This document shows, in pieces, positions 1 through 64,000 of a stretch of 64,000 nt of DNA (position 1 is the stretch's first letter; the number at the start of each line of letters is the position of its first letter). The translations under genes and the position numbers were made by a program. A model generated the notes under the pieces. That model saw only the letters and a list, made by a program, of their open reading frames with translations. It did not search any database and was not told the origin of the DNA. The stretch lies in assembly GCF_009914755.1 (NCBI RefSeq), contig NC_060927.1, one strand, 5' to 3'. The stretch is from the human T2T-CHM13v2.0 reference genome, Homo sapiens.

Positions 1-3000
1 TGGACTTAGACACCAAGGCCTGCCCATGTGGATCTAAGATCTAGTGTATACAGCCTCCAGGCTAATCTTCATGGACCCAGGAACTGGGCCTGAATGTGCA
101 CTGAAACTACCACCAGGCCATCATGCCCCAAGACTCCAGCAGCATTCCTGCCAGTGGACAATGCCAGCTGGGCTGCCAAGAATCTCTGACCAAGCTTACT
201 GCTGAAGAGGTTTTCCTGTTGAAGCCAGCCTATAAAGACCAAAAGGTGTACTACTTCAAATGCACAAACACTAATGTAAGGCCACAAGGATCATGAATAA
301 TCAAAAAAATGACACCACCAAAGGAACAAAACAAAGCACCAGTAACCATCCCTAAAAAAATGGAGATCTACAAAGTAACAACTGGAGAAAGCAAGAAATT
401 ACAGGCTTCTGAAACAAATGCACAAACAAACTGGACACCTGGAGCGGTTAGCAACAACGTCCTAAAATCTCTAGCCAAGATGTCTGGTGAAGATTTTGCC
501 CAGTCAAACCAGTCCATAAACATGGAGGAGGGGGGATGCTGTTTCTTCAAATGTACAGACATTTATGCAAAGCTATAATAAACATGAAGAATCAGGAACA
601 CACAAAAGAATAAAAAGAATAAAATAAATCCCTAAAAATCCAACCTAAATGGAGATCTATGAATTGCTGACAAGGAATTCAAAACAATGATCTTAAAAAA
701 AAGTTTAGTGAGCTACAAGAGAACAACTAAACAAAGTGAGAAAAATAATACATGAACAAAAGGGGAAGTTCAACAAGGAAATAAAAACCATAAAAAAGAA
801 CCACATAGAAATTCTGGAATTGAAGAACAAAATGGCTGGACTGAAAAAATTCCATGGAAAGTATAAATGCAATCAAGGGGAAGAATCAGTGAGCTCAAAG
901 ACAGGTCACTTGAAATTACTCATTTAGAGGAACAAAAATGAAAAACAAATGAAAAGAATGAAGAATGCCTACAGCACTTGTAGGACATCGGCAAGCTTAC
1001 CAATATACACATTATGGGAGTTACAGAAGGAGCAGAGAAAGAGAAACAGAAAGCTTATTTAAAGAAACAATGACAGAAAGCTTTTAAATCTGGAGAGGAA
1101 AACGAACAACTAGATTCATTAAGCCCAAAGAACCCCAAGTAGATCAAATATAAAGAGATCTTCACCAATGCACATTATAATGAAATTCTCAAAAGTCAAA
1201 GAGAGAATTTTGAATGCAGCAAAACAAAAGTAACTTGTCACATATAATAAAACCCTCATGAGACTATGAGCAGATTTCTCAGCAAAAACCTTGCAGACCA
1301 GAAGAGAGTGGTGTGATATAACCAAAGTGCTAAAAGAAAAAAAAAAAACTAAAAACCACCAACCAGAAATACTGTATCCAGCAAGGCTGCCTTTCAGAAA
1401 TGGAGAGATAACAGACTGCCACACAAATAAAAGCTGTGGGAGTTTATCGTCACTACTTGCCTTACAAGAAATGCTAAAGGGTGTTCTTCAAGTTGAAACA
1501 AAAGGATGCTAACTAACCACACAAAAATATATAAAAGTGTAAAACTCACTGAAAAGAATATAGTCAAATTCAGAATAATACTGTAATAATGGTGCATAAA
1601 TCACCTTTAACTCTAAAATTAGTTAATGTACAAAATTATTTTAAAAAACTATAGCTATAATAACTGATTAATAGATATACAATACTAAAAAATATTAAAT
1701 TGTGACATAAATAACATAAAATGTGGGGACAAGATAAGTTAAAATTAAGAGTTTTTATATGTAGTTGAAGTTAAACTATTGCCAGCTTAAAATAAGATGT
1801 TGTCAGCCTTAAGATAAACATATAACTACAAGATGTTTTATGTAAGCCTCATAGTAACCACAAAGAAAAAACTTCTAGTAAGTATTCAGAAGATAAAGAG
1901 AAAGGAATACCTAGCATTACAAAATATTATCACATCACAAAGGAAGACAGAAAGAAACAATTTTTTTAAAAAGTTGTAAAACAATTAACAAAATGGCAGT
2001 AAGTCTGTATCTATTAATAATTACTTTAAATATAAATGAAATAAGTTCACCAATCAAAAGACAGAGTGGCTGAATAGAAAAACCAAACCCAACTATATGC
2101 TGCCAACAGGAGACATACTTTAGCTTTGAGAACATACACAGGTTGAAAGTGAGAAATGGAAAAAGGTATTCTATGCAAATGGAAATTGAAAAAGAGCAGG
2201 GATACCTATAGTTACATCAGATAAAATATATATAAGTCAAAAACTGTAACAAGAGATAAAGAAAGTTATTACCTAATGAAAAATGTGTCAATTCATCAAG
2301 ATGATATAAATATCTTTATATTTGACAAGATTTAACATCCATCCATTCATCCATCATAAAAATTCTCAACAATGTAGGTATAGAAGGAAAGTACTGCAAC
2401 ATAATAAAGGCCATATATGACAAGCCCACAGCTAACATCATACTTAATGGTGAAAAACTGAAAGCTTTTCCTCTAAGGTCAGGAACAAGACAAGAATGCT
2501 CACTCTCAATAGTTTTTTTCAATATAGTACTGAAAGTCCTAGCCAGAGTAATTAGCAAAAAGAGGAAACAAAAGTCATTCAAATTAGAAACAAAGAAGTT
2601 AAAGTATCTCATGTAGAAAACCCTAAAAACCACCAAAAAAACAGAATTAACACGCTTGTAAAGTTGCAGGATAAAAAAATCAACATAAAAAATTAGTAAC
2701 ATTTCTATATACTAACAATGGACTATCCAAAAAAGAAGTCAATTCATAATAGCATCAAAAATTAAAATAAAATAGATAAGAATAAATCTTACCAAGGAGG
2801 TAAAAGAGCTGCATGTTGAAAACTATAAAACATTGATAAAAGAAATTGAAGACACAAACAAATGCAAAAATATCTTGTGTTCATGAATTGGAAGAACACA
2901 GGATATTTTTGGTTAAAAGTCCATAGTCCCCAAAGTTATCTACAGATTCAATGCAAACCCTTTTAAAATTCCAATGGCATTTTTTACAGAACTAGGAAAA

Positions 3001-4610
3001 ATTCCTAAAATTTATATGGAACCACAAAAGACCTCAAATAGCCAAGACATTAGAAACAAAGCTGGAAGAATCACATTACCTAATTTCAAAATATGCTACA
3101 AACTATAGCAATCAAAACAGCATGGTATTAGCATAAAAACAAACATATAGTCCAATGGAACAGATCAGAGAACCCAGAAATCAATCTATGCATTTATGGT
3201 TAATTGATCTTCAATAAAGTTGCCAAAAACACACAGTATGGAAAGGACAGTCTTTTCAATAAATGGGGTTAGTAAATTAGATATCCACATGCAGAAGACT
3301 AAGTGGATCCTCATCTCACACCATATACAAATATGAACTCAAAATGAACTAAAGACTTAAATGTAAGATCTGAAACTGTAAAATTACCAGAAGAACACTT
3401 GGGGAAAAAGTTTCTGACATTGGTTTTGGCAAATTTTTTTAATGTGACCCCAAAATCAAAGGCAACACAAGCAAAAATAGACAATGGGATTACATCAAAC
3501 TAAAAAGCTTCTGCATAGCAAAAGAAACTATAAACAAGGAGAAGACAACCTATGGAATGGGAGAAAATATTTGCAAACTATACATGAAATAAAGGGGTAA
3601 TATTCAAAATTTATTAGGAATTCAACTCTATAGCATGAAAACAACCCCATTAAAAATCAGCAATGACCTGATAGACATTTCTCAAAAGACTACAAATGGC
3701 CAATAATATATGAAAAAATGTTCAACATCACTAATTATCAGGGAAATACAAATCAAAACCACAATGAGATATCATCTCACACCTGTTAGAATGGCTACTA
3801 AAAAACAAAAGATAAGAGTTGGCAAGTATGTGGAAAAAGGGAACCCTTGTACACTGTTGATGGGAATGTAAATTGGTACAGCCATTATGGAAAACAGTAT
3901 GAAGGCTCCTCAAAAAATTAAAAATGGAACTACCATAGGATCTATCAATCCCATTAATATTTCAAAATACTAATGAAATTAGAATTTTGAAGACATATCT
4001 GCACTACTATGTTCATTGTACTATTATTTGCAATAGCCAAGATATGGAATCAACCTAAGTGTTCATTGACAAATAAATAAAGAAAATGTGTCATAAATAT
4101 ACAATGAAATATTATTCAACCTTAAAAAAGAAAACATTGTCATTTGTGACAACATGGGTTAACCTAGAGGACATTATGCTAAATATAATAAGCCAGGCAC
4201 TTAAAGACAAATACAGCATAATCTCACTCATATGTGGGATATTAAAAAAGTCAAACTCACAGAAGTAGAGAGTGGAATGGTGGTTACCAGCAGCCAGGGC
4301 ATGGGGAAAATGAGGAGATGTTGCTCAAAGGACACAACGTTTCACTTATGCAAGATGAGTAAGTTCTGAGGATCTAATATACAGCATGGTAACCACAGTT
4401 AATAATACTGTATTGTATACTGGAAATTTGCTTAGAGAGTAGACCTTAAATGCTCTCACCACACACACAAAAGATAACTTTGTAAGGTGATGATTAATCA
4501 GTTTGATTGTGGTAATCATTTCACAATACCTACATATATCAAAACATCAGATTATACACCATATATACAATTTTTGTCAATGATAACTGAATAAAGTTAG
4601 AAAAAGGAAA
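1..4610 (+). mobile_element. Degenerate, internally deleted LINE-1 (old L1M/L1MA-type): 5' region, ORF1, ORF2 pieces, 3' UTR
   Basis: ORF1p C-terminal-like peptide (QTRREW..LKEK..QPEILYPARL, 1291-1512). Endonuclease start near 2015, RT/C-terminal remnants at 2350-4100, L1MA-like 3' UTR to about 4600. Many stops and frameshifts. Confidence 0.9.
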
Positions 4611-6500
4611 AAAATAAACACAAAGAAAGTAGAAGAAAAGAAAGAATAAAGGTAAGATCAGAAATTAATGATCTAGAAAAAAGTTTAAGTGATTTATTAA
4701 ATAGACTAAATAAAGATGTGGCATGAATGTTCAAGAAAAAGGAGAGAAGCCACAAAAAAATACTAGAAATGATAATACTCTAGAAATATAAATAATTTAG
4801 GATTATGCTCTAGGAATAGAATTAGAGATACAGTAGAGATTTAAAAATAATAAGGCCAGGTACAGTGGCTCATGCCTGTAATCCCAACACTTTGGGAGGC
4901 CAAGGCAGGCAGATCACGTGAGGCCAAGAGTTTGAGACCATCCTGCTCAAAATGGTGAAACCTTATCTCTACTAAAAATATAACATTTAGCCACGTGTGG
5001 AGGCACACGCCTGTAATCCCAGCTGCTCAGGAGGCTGAAGCACAATAATCACTTGAACCAGGGAGGCAGAGGTTGCAGTGACCCGATATCATGCCACTGC
5101 CCTCCAGCCTGGGCGATAGAGAGAGACTCTGTCTCAAAAAATAAAATAAAATAAAAAATAAAATAAAAATTGATCAAATTGAAAAATTCAAAAGAAATGT
5201 AAAATTTTTTTAATAAAAGAAAGCTTTCCTGCACTAATTCAAGAAGAAAATATCTCATTAGACATGTAACCAATAAATAAATTGAATCAAAATATAAAAT
5301 CTATCACAAAAGAAACACCAGATCCAGATGATTTTACTGGCAATGTCTACCAAAGATTCAAAGACCAGTTATAAACTGGTTCATGTTTTGAAGAGAGAAA
5401 ACATTCTTCAACTGTTTTATGAGGTTAAGATAACCTTGATTCAAATTCAGATAACATAGCAGATGAAAAGAAAATTACAGGCCAATCTTATTCATGAATA
5501 TTGATGCAAAAATCTCATGGTGATATTACAATCAAACCCATCAATGTATGAAAATATTTCTTAACCAAAGTAAGTTTAACATTTTTAAAAATCTGTTAAT
5601 ATATTTCCACACATTTATAGATTAATTCAGAAAAACCATGTGATTGTTTCAATAGATGCAGATAAATGATTAAATAATTTCCTGATAAAAATGCTTAACA
5701 AAATAAAATAGAGGGAATGTCCTTCATATAATAAGTCATTTCTACAAAAAAAAAAAAAAACCTACAGAAAACATCATTTGTTAAAGGGAAATGATAGCTT
5801 TCCCCAAAGTCAGAAATATGAAGACATTTGGCAAAAGTTTTTAAAGGCTGATATACCACAAGTGGGTGAGAACATGGGACAAGGGGACTCTCATACATTG
5901 CTGGTGGAGAGTATGATATATTAGAAAGCAATTTGGCAACATCTTGCAAAATTGCAGTTGTGTGTGACCTACAACCTATTATTAATTCATGCCCTAGAGA
6001 AGTGCCACTCAAAGTGTGTGCCTCAGACCAGCTGCTATCCACAAATTGTTATCAGAAAATGGAGTATTTTGAGTAATGATGCCCTCAAGAAACTCTTATG
6101 TATATGAATGGGGAGACATTTACAAAAATATCACTGCAGAAGTTAGTAGCAACAAAAAAAAAGGAAATAACAAATATTTACTTTAGCTGGAAAATTGATA
6201 AATAAATTATGATATATTTATATAATGGAATACTATACAGCAGTTAAAATCAATAATCTAGCCCTAGATTCATTAACATTGATATATTTCAAAGAATAAT
6301 ACTGAATATAAAAGACAAACTTCAGGACAATATATACAAAATATTATTTACATGAAGACTAAGCACATGTAAAATCATGTCACATTTTAAGGATATCTGC
6401 ATATCGAGTAAGTAAAGGTATGAAAACATACTTTTATATAACATATATAAAACATGGAATGAGAAACACAAACTCAGGATCTGAGAAGGAAAAGGTAAGA
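4611..6500 (+). mobile_element. Fragments of an older LINE-1 (ORF2 and 3' end), interrupted by an Alu
   Basis: PGPDGF-like and RPISLMNIDAKI-like remnants at about 5320 and 5480; L1 3'-like text at 5850-6300. Confidence 0.7.
4854..5170 (+). mobile_element. Alu (S-type), full length
   Basis: GGCCAGG..GTGGCTCATGCCTGTAATCC start, dimeric body, A-rich tail. Confidence 0.95.
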
Positions 6501-6592
6501 CTTGGATTACAGCAGAACTATATGGAGGCTTCAACTATATATGTTAATTTTTTTTAATGTTGTTAGCAATTACAGAAAAAAAATATTGAGTT

Positions 6593-6718
6593 GGCCGGGT
6601 GCCATGGCCCATGCCTGTAATCTCAGCAATTTGGGAGGCTGAGGCAAGAGGATTGTTGAGCCCAGGAGTTCGAGACCAGCCTGGGCAACATAGGGAGACC
6701 CTGTTTCTACAAAAATAA
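6593..6718 (+). mobile_element. Alu left monomer (FLAM/AluJ-like)
   Basis: A single Alu arm ending in CTACAAAAA. Confidence 0.88.
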
Positions 6719-7762
6719 GAAATTAATAATAATAATGTTAAGAATTGATATATCTTCATGATGGCTCCATGAGTATGCATTATAGTATTTTCTGTATTTT
6801 TTATTTACTTGAGAGCTTTCACAATAACTTTTGAAGTCATGATTTAGAGAGAATGGATCATAAAGGCTTCACTTTAGACATGAAGAAAGTAAACTATGGA
6901 GAAATTCAGAATCTTACTCAAGTTTACACAACTGGTCCTAGAAGCCATGTTCTGTGACCCCCAAACTCCCATACCACATTGACCACTATATGAGAGTCAC
7001 AGAAGACCCTTAAGAGTCATCTCTCTAATATCTTTGACATCACCATGTAATAATCTTTTTCTCTTGGGAAAAAACAGAATTAACAAATTGTCAATTAAAC
7101 AAGTTACACCAAGATCTGTAGACCTTTCTTCAGAAGACAATATATGCTAACGAAAAAGTAAATACAACTTCAGCATCCCTTGCTCACAGTCCCTTTGTTT
7201 GGAGATTTTGCTAGCTTGCTTTTCATGATTCTATTAAACAATAGACAAAACCAATGCCTAAGAATGTACAAGCATGGTGATAAATGTCCCTAGTGAACCT
7301 GTCTGAAATAAAGTAAGAAAGTTATGATTACATGTCAACAAGAGCCACAGTTTCTGACCCAGGGGAGGTAACAAAGGGGTCAGAACACCTCGGTCTTTGA
7401 AGCACACTTCCCCAAAGAGTTGGCTGTGGGATATATGCAAACCTTTCCAGGTCTGCTTCTGATATAAATTGTGAGTCACACCACTCTCAGAGATCCAGAC
7501 TTCTCAGAACATAAAAATCTCTCTCAAAGGGAAGCCTGAAAGCATGACAAGAAATATCTGAATTATGCTTATATTTGGTTGAATAGGGCAATAAAAGCCC
7601 TTTGCACTCTGTCCTTTTGTTATCTCATGATTTAAAAATGTTTAAGACCCAGCCTAAGCAGAGGAGGCAGCTCTTGACCTACTATAAGGCAATGAGATTA
7701 GTTGCACTGGTTGAGGCACACTATTATCCTAGCAGTTGGGGAGCAGGGTGGGCATATAATAC

Positions 7763-59608
<51,846 letters not shown>

Positions 59609-60260
59609 CTGTAGAGCAAAAAAAAAAAAAAATGGATTATAGCTATAGTACTTACAGAAATACATACTGGACACTTTCATACTGATAGATCTAATCTCAT
59701 TTCTGCTAAATCAGCTTGTTGACTACAGGAACTTGCAAAGTCAGATAAAATCATGAAAGCTCATTCTGAAGATACACTCACTCACATAATGGCACTACAG
59801 GAACAAGAAACATCTCAGCAAGCAGCAGCTTGGGGGCACCATAGACCATTTTGCTACAAGAAAGTTACCTCCCAACACCCCTCCCAACCCCAACACTTTC
59901 CTCCACTCACACCCCAGGACTTTGGTGGTTGCCCTGGTGCTTGCACCCCTTCCAGATTCCCTCCCCCGAGAAAACTCATTCAGAAAAAGTCTGGGAACAA
60001 CTAAGTGAAAATTTAGATTAATGGTTATGTTCTTCAGGGTTTCTTTAGACCTTATTTCTAATCTTGGAATGGAAATCAGCTAAGTGAATTACATGGTGGA
60101 ATTGGCAGGGGGGCAGGTTGAGGAGAGAGAATATGGGTTGTTTTTGTTAAACAACATAACCGGCTCATATTATTTCCCCCAATATGTTATTTTTCTCTCT
60201 TCAGCGTCCTCAGTTCCTATACCCCATCCCTAAGCAAAGTAGCCCTCCATAAACTGATTA

Positions 60261-60916
<656 letters not shown>

Positions 60917-61004
60917 GGCTCATTTTCTTTTAAAAGCATATTATATATATGTGTGTCTATGTATGTATATGCAATATATCATACTTTCCTTTTAAAGGAA
61001 AATG

Positions 61005-61005
61005 A

Positions 61006-61036
<31 letters not shown>

Positions 61037-61038
61037 TA
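61005..61038. repeat. (TA)n(CA)n microsatellite
   Basis: Direct reading. Confidence 0.93.
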
Positions 61039-62649
61039 TGAAAATGAGCCTTAGTAGAAGCTCACAGAAGTCCCCAGGTCACAGCTACTCAGGTACATGG
61101 GGAAAGCCTTTGGCTGAAGGAGGGAAAATGTTAGCCAATGGCTAGGGAAGACACAGGTGAAAACCCCACTATAACCACAGCACTAACAGGTAATGCGAAC
61201 TCAGTCACCACCATCACCTCCAATATATGAGTCACAAAAGCTAGAGAGGGCTCACTGCCGCAGGACAGGTGGTCCTTATTTCCCAGAGGAAGGCAATAAG
61301 ACTGGGGAAGGAGTGTGTACAAAGGAGCTGAAGTTGGGCACCATTTGCCCCTTCTTCCACCATGCTTGTTTCTGCAAAGAATTTGGTTGCTCACGACTTT
61401 CTTGCTATCAGTGCTGCCTTCTTCGTTTCCCTGATTACAAACAATTCACCACTAAAACTGCTTGGCAAGAGGAGTTTATGTTCCCATCTAGCTGATTGTG
61501 CATTTGCTTTCTACTTATCATTTGTGTTTTAAATACTGGCTTTGCATTGTATTCATTATTTTGGTCCCTTTTTGCAAAAACTGATTTTGCTTTGTGTTAT
61601 GTCTATGAAAATATGCTTGTTTTTGAAAAGCACCCAGTTAGCATACATTTTGTGTGTGTGTTTAAGGTAAAAGGCTCTGCATTTTAAACCAAATGTTATC
61701 ACTTGAAAGAAACTTGAAGGTCACCTGGCACAGTCTCTCTCCCTCTGTCTCTCTTTCTCTTTCTTTTTAGAAAAAGAACCTTGGGAGAGAGATGAAGAGA
61801 GTTGCCCATAGTCACATAGCTAATTAGTGGCAGTCACTACAATAATGACTCTAGAAATGAGATCATCCACCTCCTGAATCAGTGCTCCTGCATTACAGCC
61901 TGCCTCCTCTAACACATTCTTAGCTTTTTCTCCTCCAATTCTTCTCTCCAGGAGTAGGCTCACCACCTGCCTCATGATGAAGTCTCTCTCTTACCACCCC
62001 TGGAAACACTTAGTGGGGAATAAAAATTATCAGAAATCCTTTCTCATAGGAGACCCAAACCCTGACAGGGACATTTTAAAAAATGAAGTAAATGAACTCT
62101 GTCAATTTTAATTCCTGGTGTTCATGAATAATGCAGAGCTGGAAATGTAGATAGCAATGGATTTGAGGGAGGCAGCCAGGATTTTAACACTGGCTTTGCT
62201 GGTAAAAAGATATAAAGCCACATGACTTCATCTCTTTTGGCCTTCGTATTCTCATCTGTAAAGTAGGCCTTTTTCTATATGATTCCATTTTTTAGACAAT
62301 TAAATATCTTTTCCAATATAAAGCTAATATGTGCTTATTGAAGAAAACTTGAAGAATAATGTATGAAGAAAAGAATGTTTTTAATCACCCATAATCAAAC
62401 AACTCAGAGATAACCACTGTTATGTATTGAAGCATTTCTTTTGAATCTTTTTTCTAGGATATTGATTAAAACAGGGGTAATACTATATTCAGTCTTATAG
62501 TTATTTTAAATAGATCGCTTACATGTTCTAATATAAGAATTATTTACATTTGGCTTTCGAATGGTGTTTTGTCCTAGCTCTACAACCACCTGGGCTTCTT
62601 CACTGTCACCCAGGAATTCTAGTTTTCCTTCTCGGGTATCATAATAATG

Positions 62650-62830
62650 CATTATATTTATTTTTCACATTTATAGTCTCATTTGGTCCCCACAGCAATG
62701 GAGGAAGGCAGACCGGACAAGTATTATTATCTCCTTTGATACATGAGGAAACCAGGGCTCAATAAAGTGAAGTGATTTGCTCTAATTACCCAGCCAGAGA
62801 TGGTCAAGGACAGGGAATTTGATCCCAAGA
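62650..62830 (-). mobile_element. MIR remnant
   Basis: ATTATTATC.C.TTT..ACATGAGGAAAC..GGCTCA..AAGTGATTTGC core. Confidence 0.65.
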
Positions 62831-64000
62831 CTACCTGCTAAATACTCGTCATCACACTACTTCCATTTGACCCGAGTTCAAAAAAGCAAACTCCATTGTC
62901 TACCAGCCTGGGAAGATGAACAACTTTTGCTAACACTTGTCTCTGCTGCCAGTGCATTTCTATGAGGAAGGATTGTTTGGTCCAAAAAATTAACAGGAAA
63001 TTATGTAGATTGCTATGTTTTAAGTAATTATTTATGGTGCTGATTTTAATAAATGCATCATCCAATTATCTCTAATGCTTAGGCTCAATTTTTTTTTCTT
63101 CCTGGCATCACTATTATCTTGTCCTCCATTATCTAACTACCTGCGATAAGCCTCTGCATGACCAGTTCTGACCTCAGGGATAGTTCTGTTATCGTATTTG
63201 ATTTGATGGATTATAATTAGCCTAAAATCCAATCACAGTCATGAATCCAATGACTGGAAACTGGGAACTGATCCAGGACTGGTCTGTGATGGAAATATAA
63301 TATCCTCCATAACTGGCTTGAATTATAATTGGTCATATTAAAGTCTAATGTTGACTAATTCTGAATACTAGAACGACATTCAGCCAGTCCTTATGTTGCA
63401 CTGCTGAATAATTTTGGATTAAGACATGTAGGTAGCTTCATGTTATATCATACTGTGAATCTGATTTCTAAATCTCCAATTAGCTGAAATTCAACACAGA
63501 CATGTAAAGGTAGCAGGAAAAAGAATAACATTTATTTAGAGATTTCAATGTAGAACTTAGCCTTTTTTTTTTAAGGCTAAATCCTCATTAACCTTTGTCC
63601 TTGCCTGTAACTACCAAGGAATTATGAATCAGGGTGAGCAAGTCTCCTAATTACCTTTTGCTTAGTGTTGGCTGAGTGACCCTGCTGACCTAGAAGACCG
63701 CTAGAGGCAAGGCTCCAACATCAGAAAATTCTGGAGAGCCAGAGACAACTTCAAAGTCTGCAGCCTTACCAGAGTCTTTCCCTTTCTTCTTCCCCACAAT
63801 GTACAAACCCCACCCACCAGTCTAAGTCACAGGCCCCTCTCTCTACTGTGGCATTCACTGATAACTAAGAGGTTTCTAGGAAAGGCTTTGTCTGGCCATT
63901 CCTGCAGGTGTCTGTGTTACAACAGGGGCTCCTTGAAGAGAAAATCTGTCTTAGGATCAAGTGTGTAGGGCCCGGGCCTAGACTGCCTCCCAGCCACCCT

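Noticed and set aside
1-4610. Possible intact or active L1
   Set aside because: ORF1 and ORF2 are broken by stops and frameshifts, and ORF2 has large internal deletions.

Overview
Primate (most likely human) genomic DNA, rich in Alu and L1 repeats. The whole window lies inside one large minus-strand gene, the divergent sarcomeric myosin heavy chain MYH15. I resolved 20 consecutive coding exons (59608 down to 7763). All have AG/GT boundaries and compatible phases, and they splice into a 2311-nt stop-free frame covering the N-terminal SH3-like region, the whole motor domain, the converter and the first IQ motif. The start codon lies beyond the right edge and the rod lies beyond the left edge. 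The introns hold about 17 Alus, several old L1 fragments, L2/MIR remnants, solo LTRs, hAT MITEs and a MADE1. Most ORFs in the track are repeat-derived noise. I see no convincing new biological system. The best leads are a candidate 22-nt poison micro-exon (43086-43107), non-canonical residues in conserved motor elements (switch II DITGFE, relay, SH1 helix, short loop 1), Alu arrangements that could alter splicing, a miR-548-type hairpin and two template-switch-like rearrangements. Comparisons with MYH7 and repeat subfamily names come from recall and need checking.
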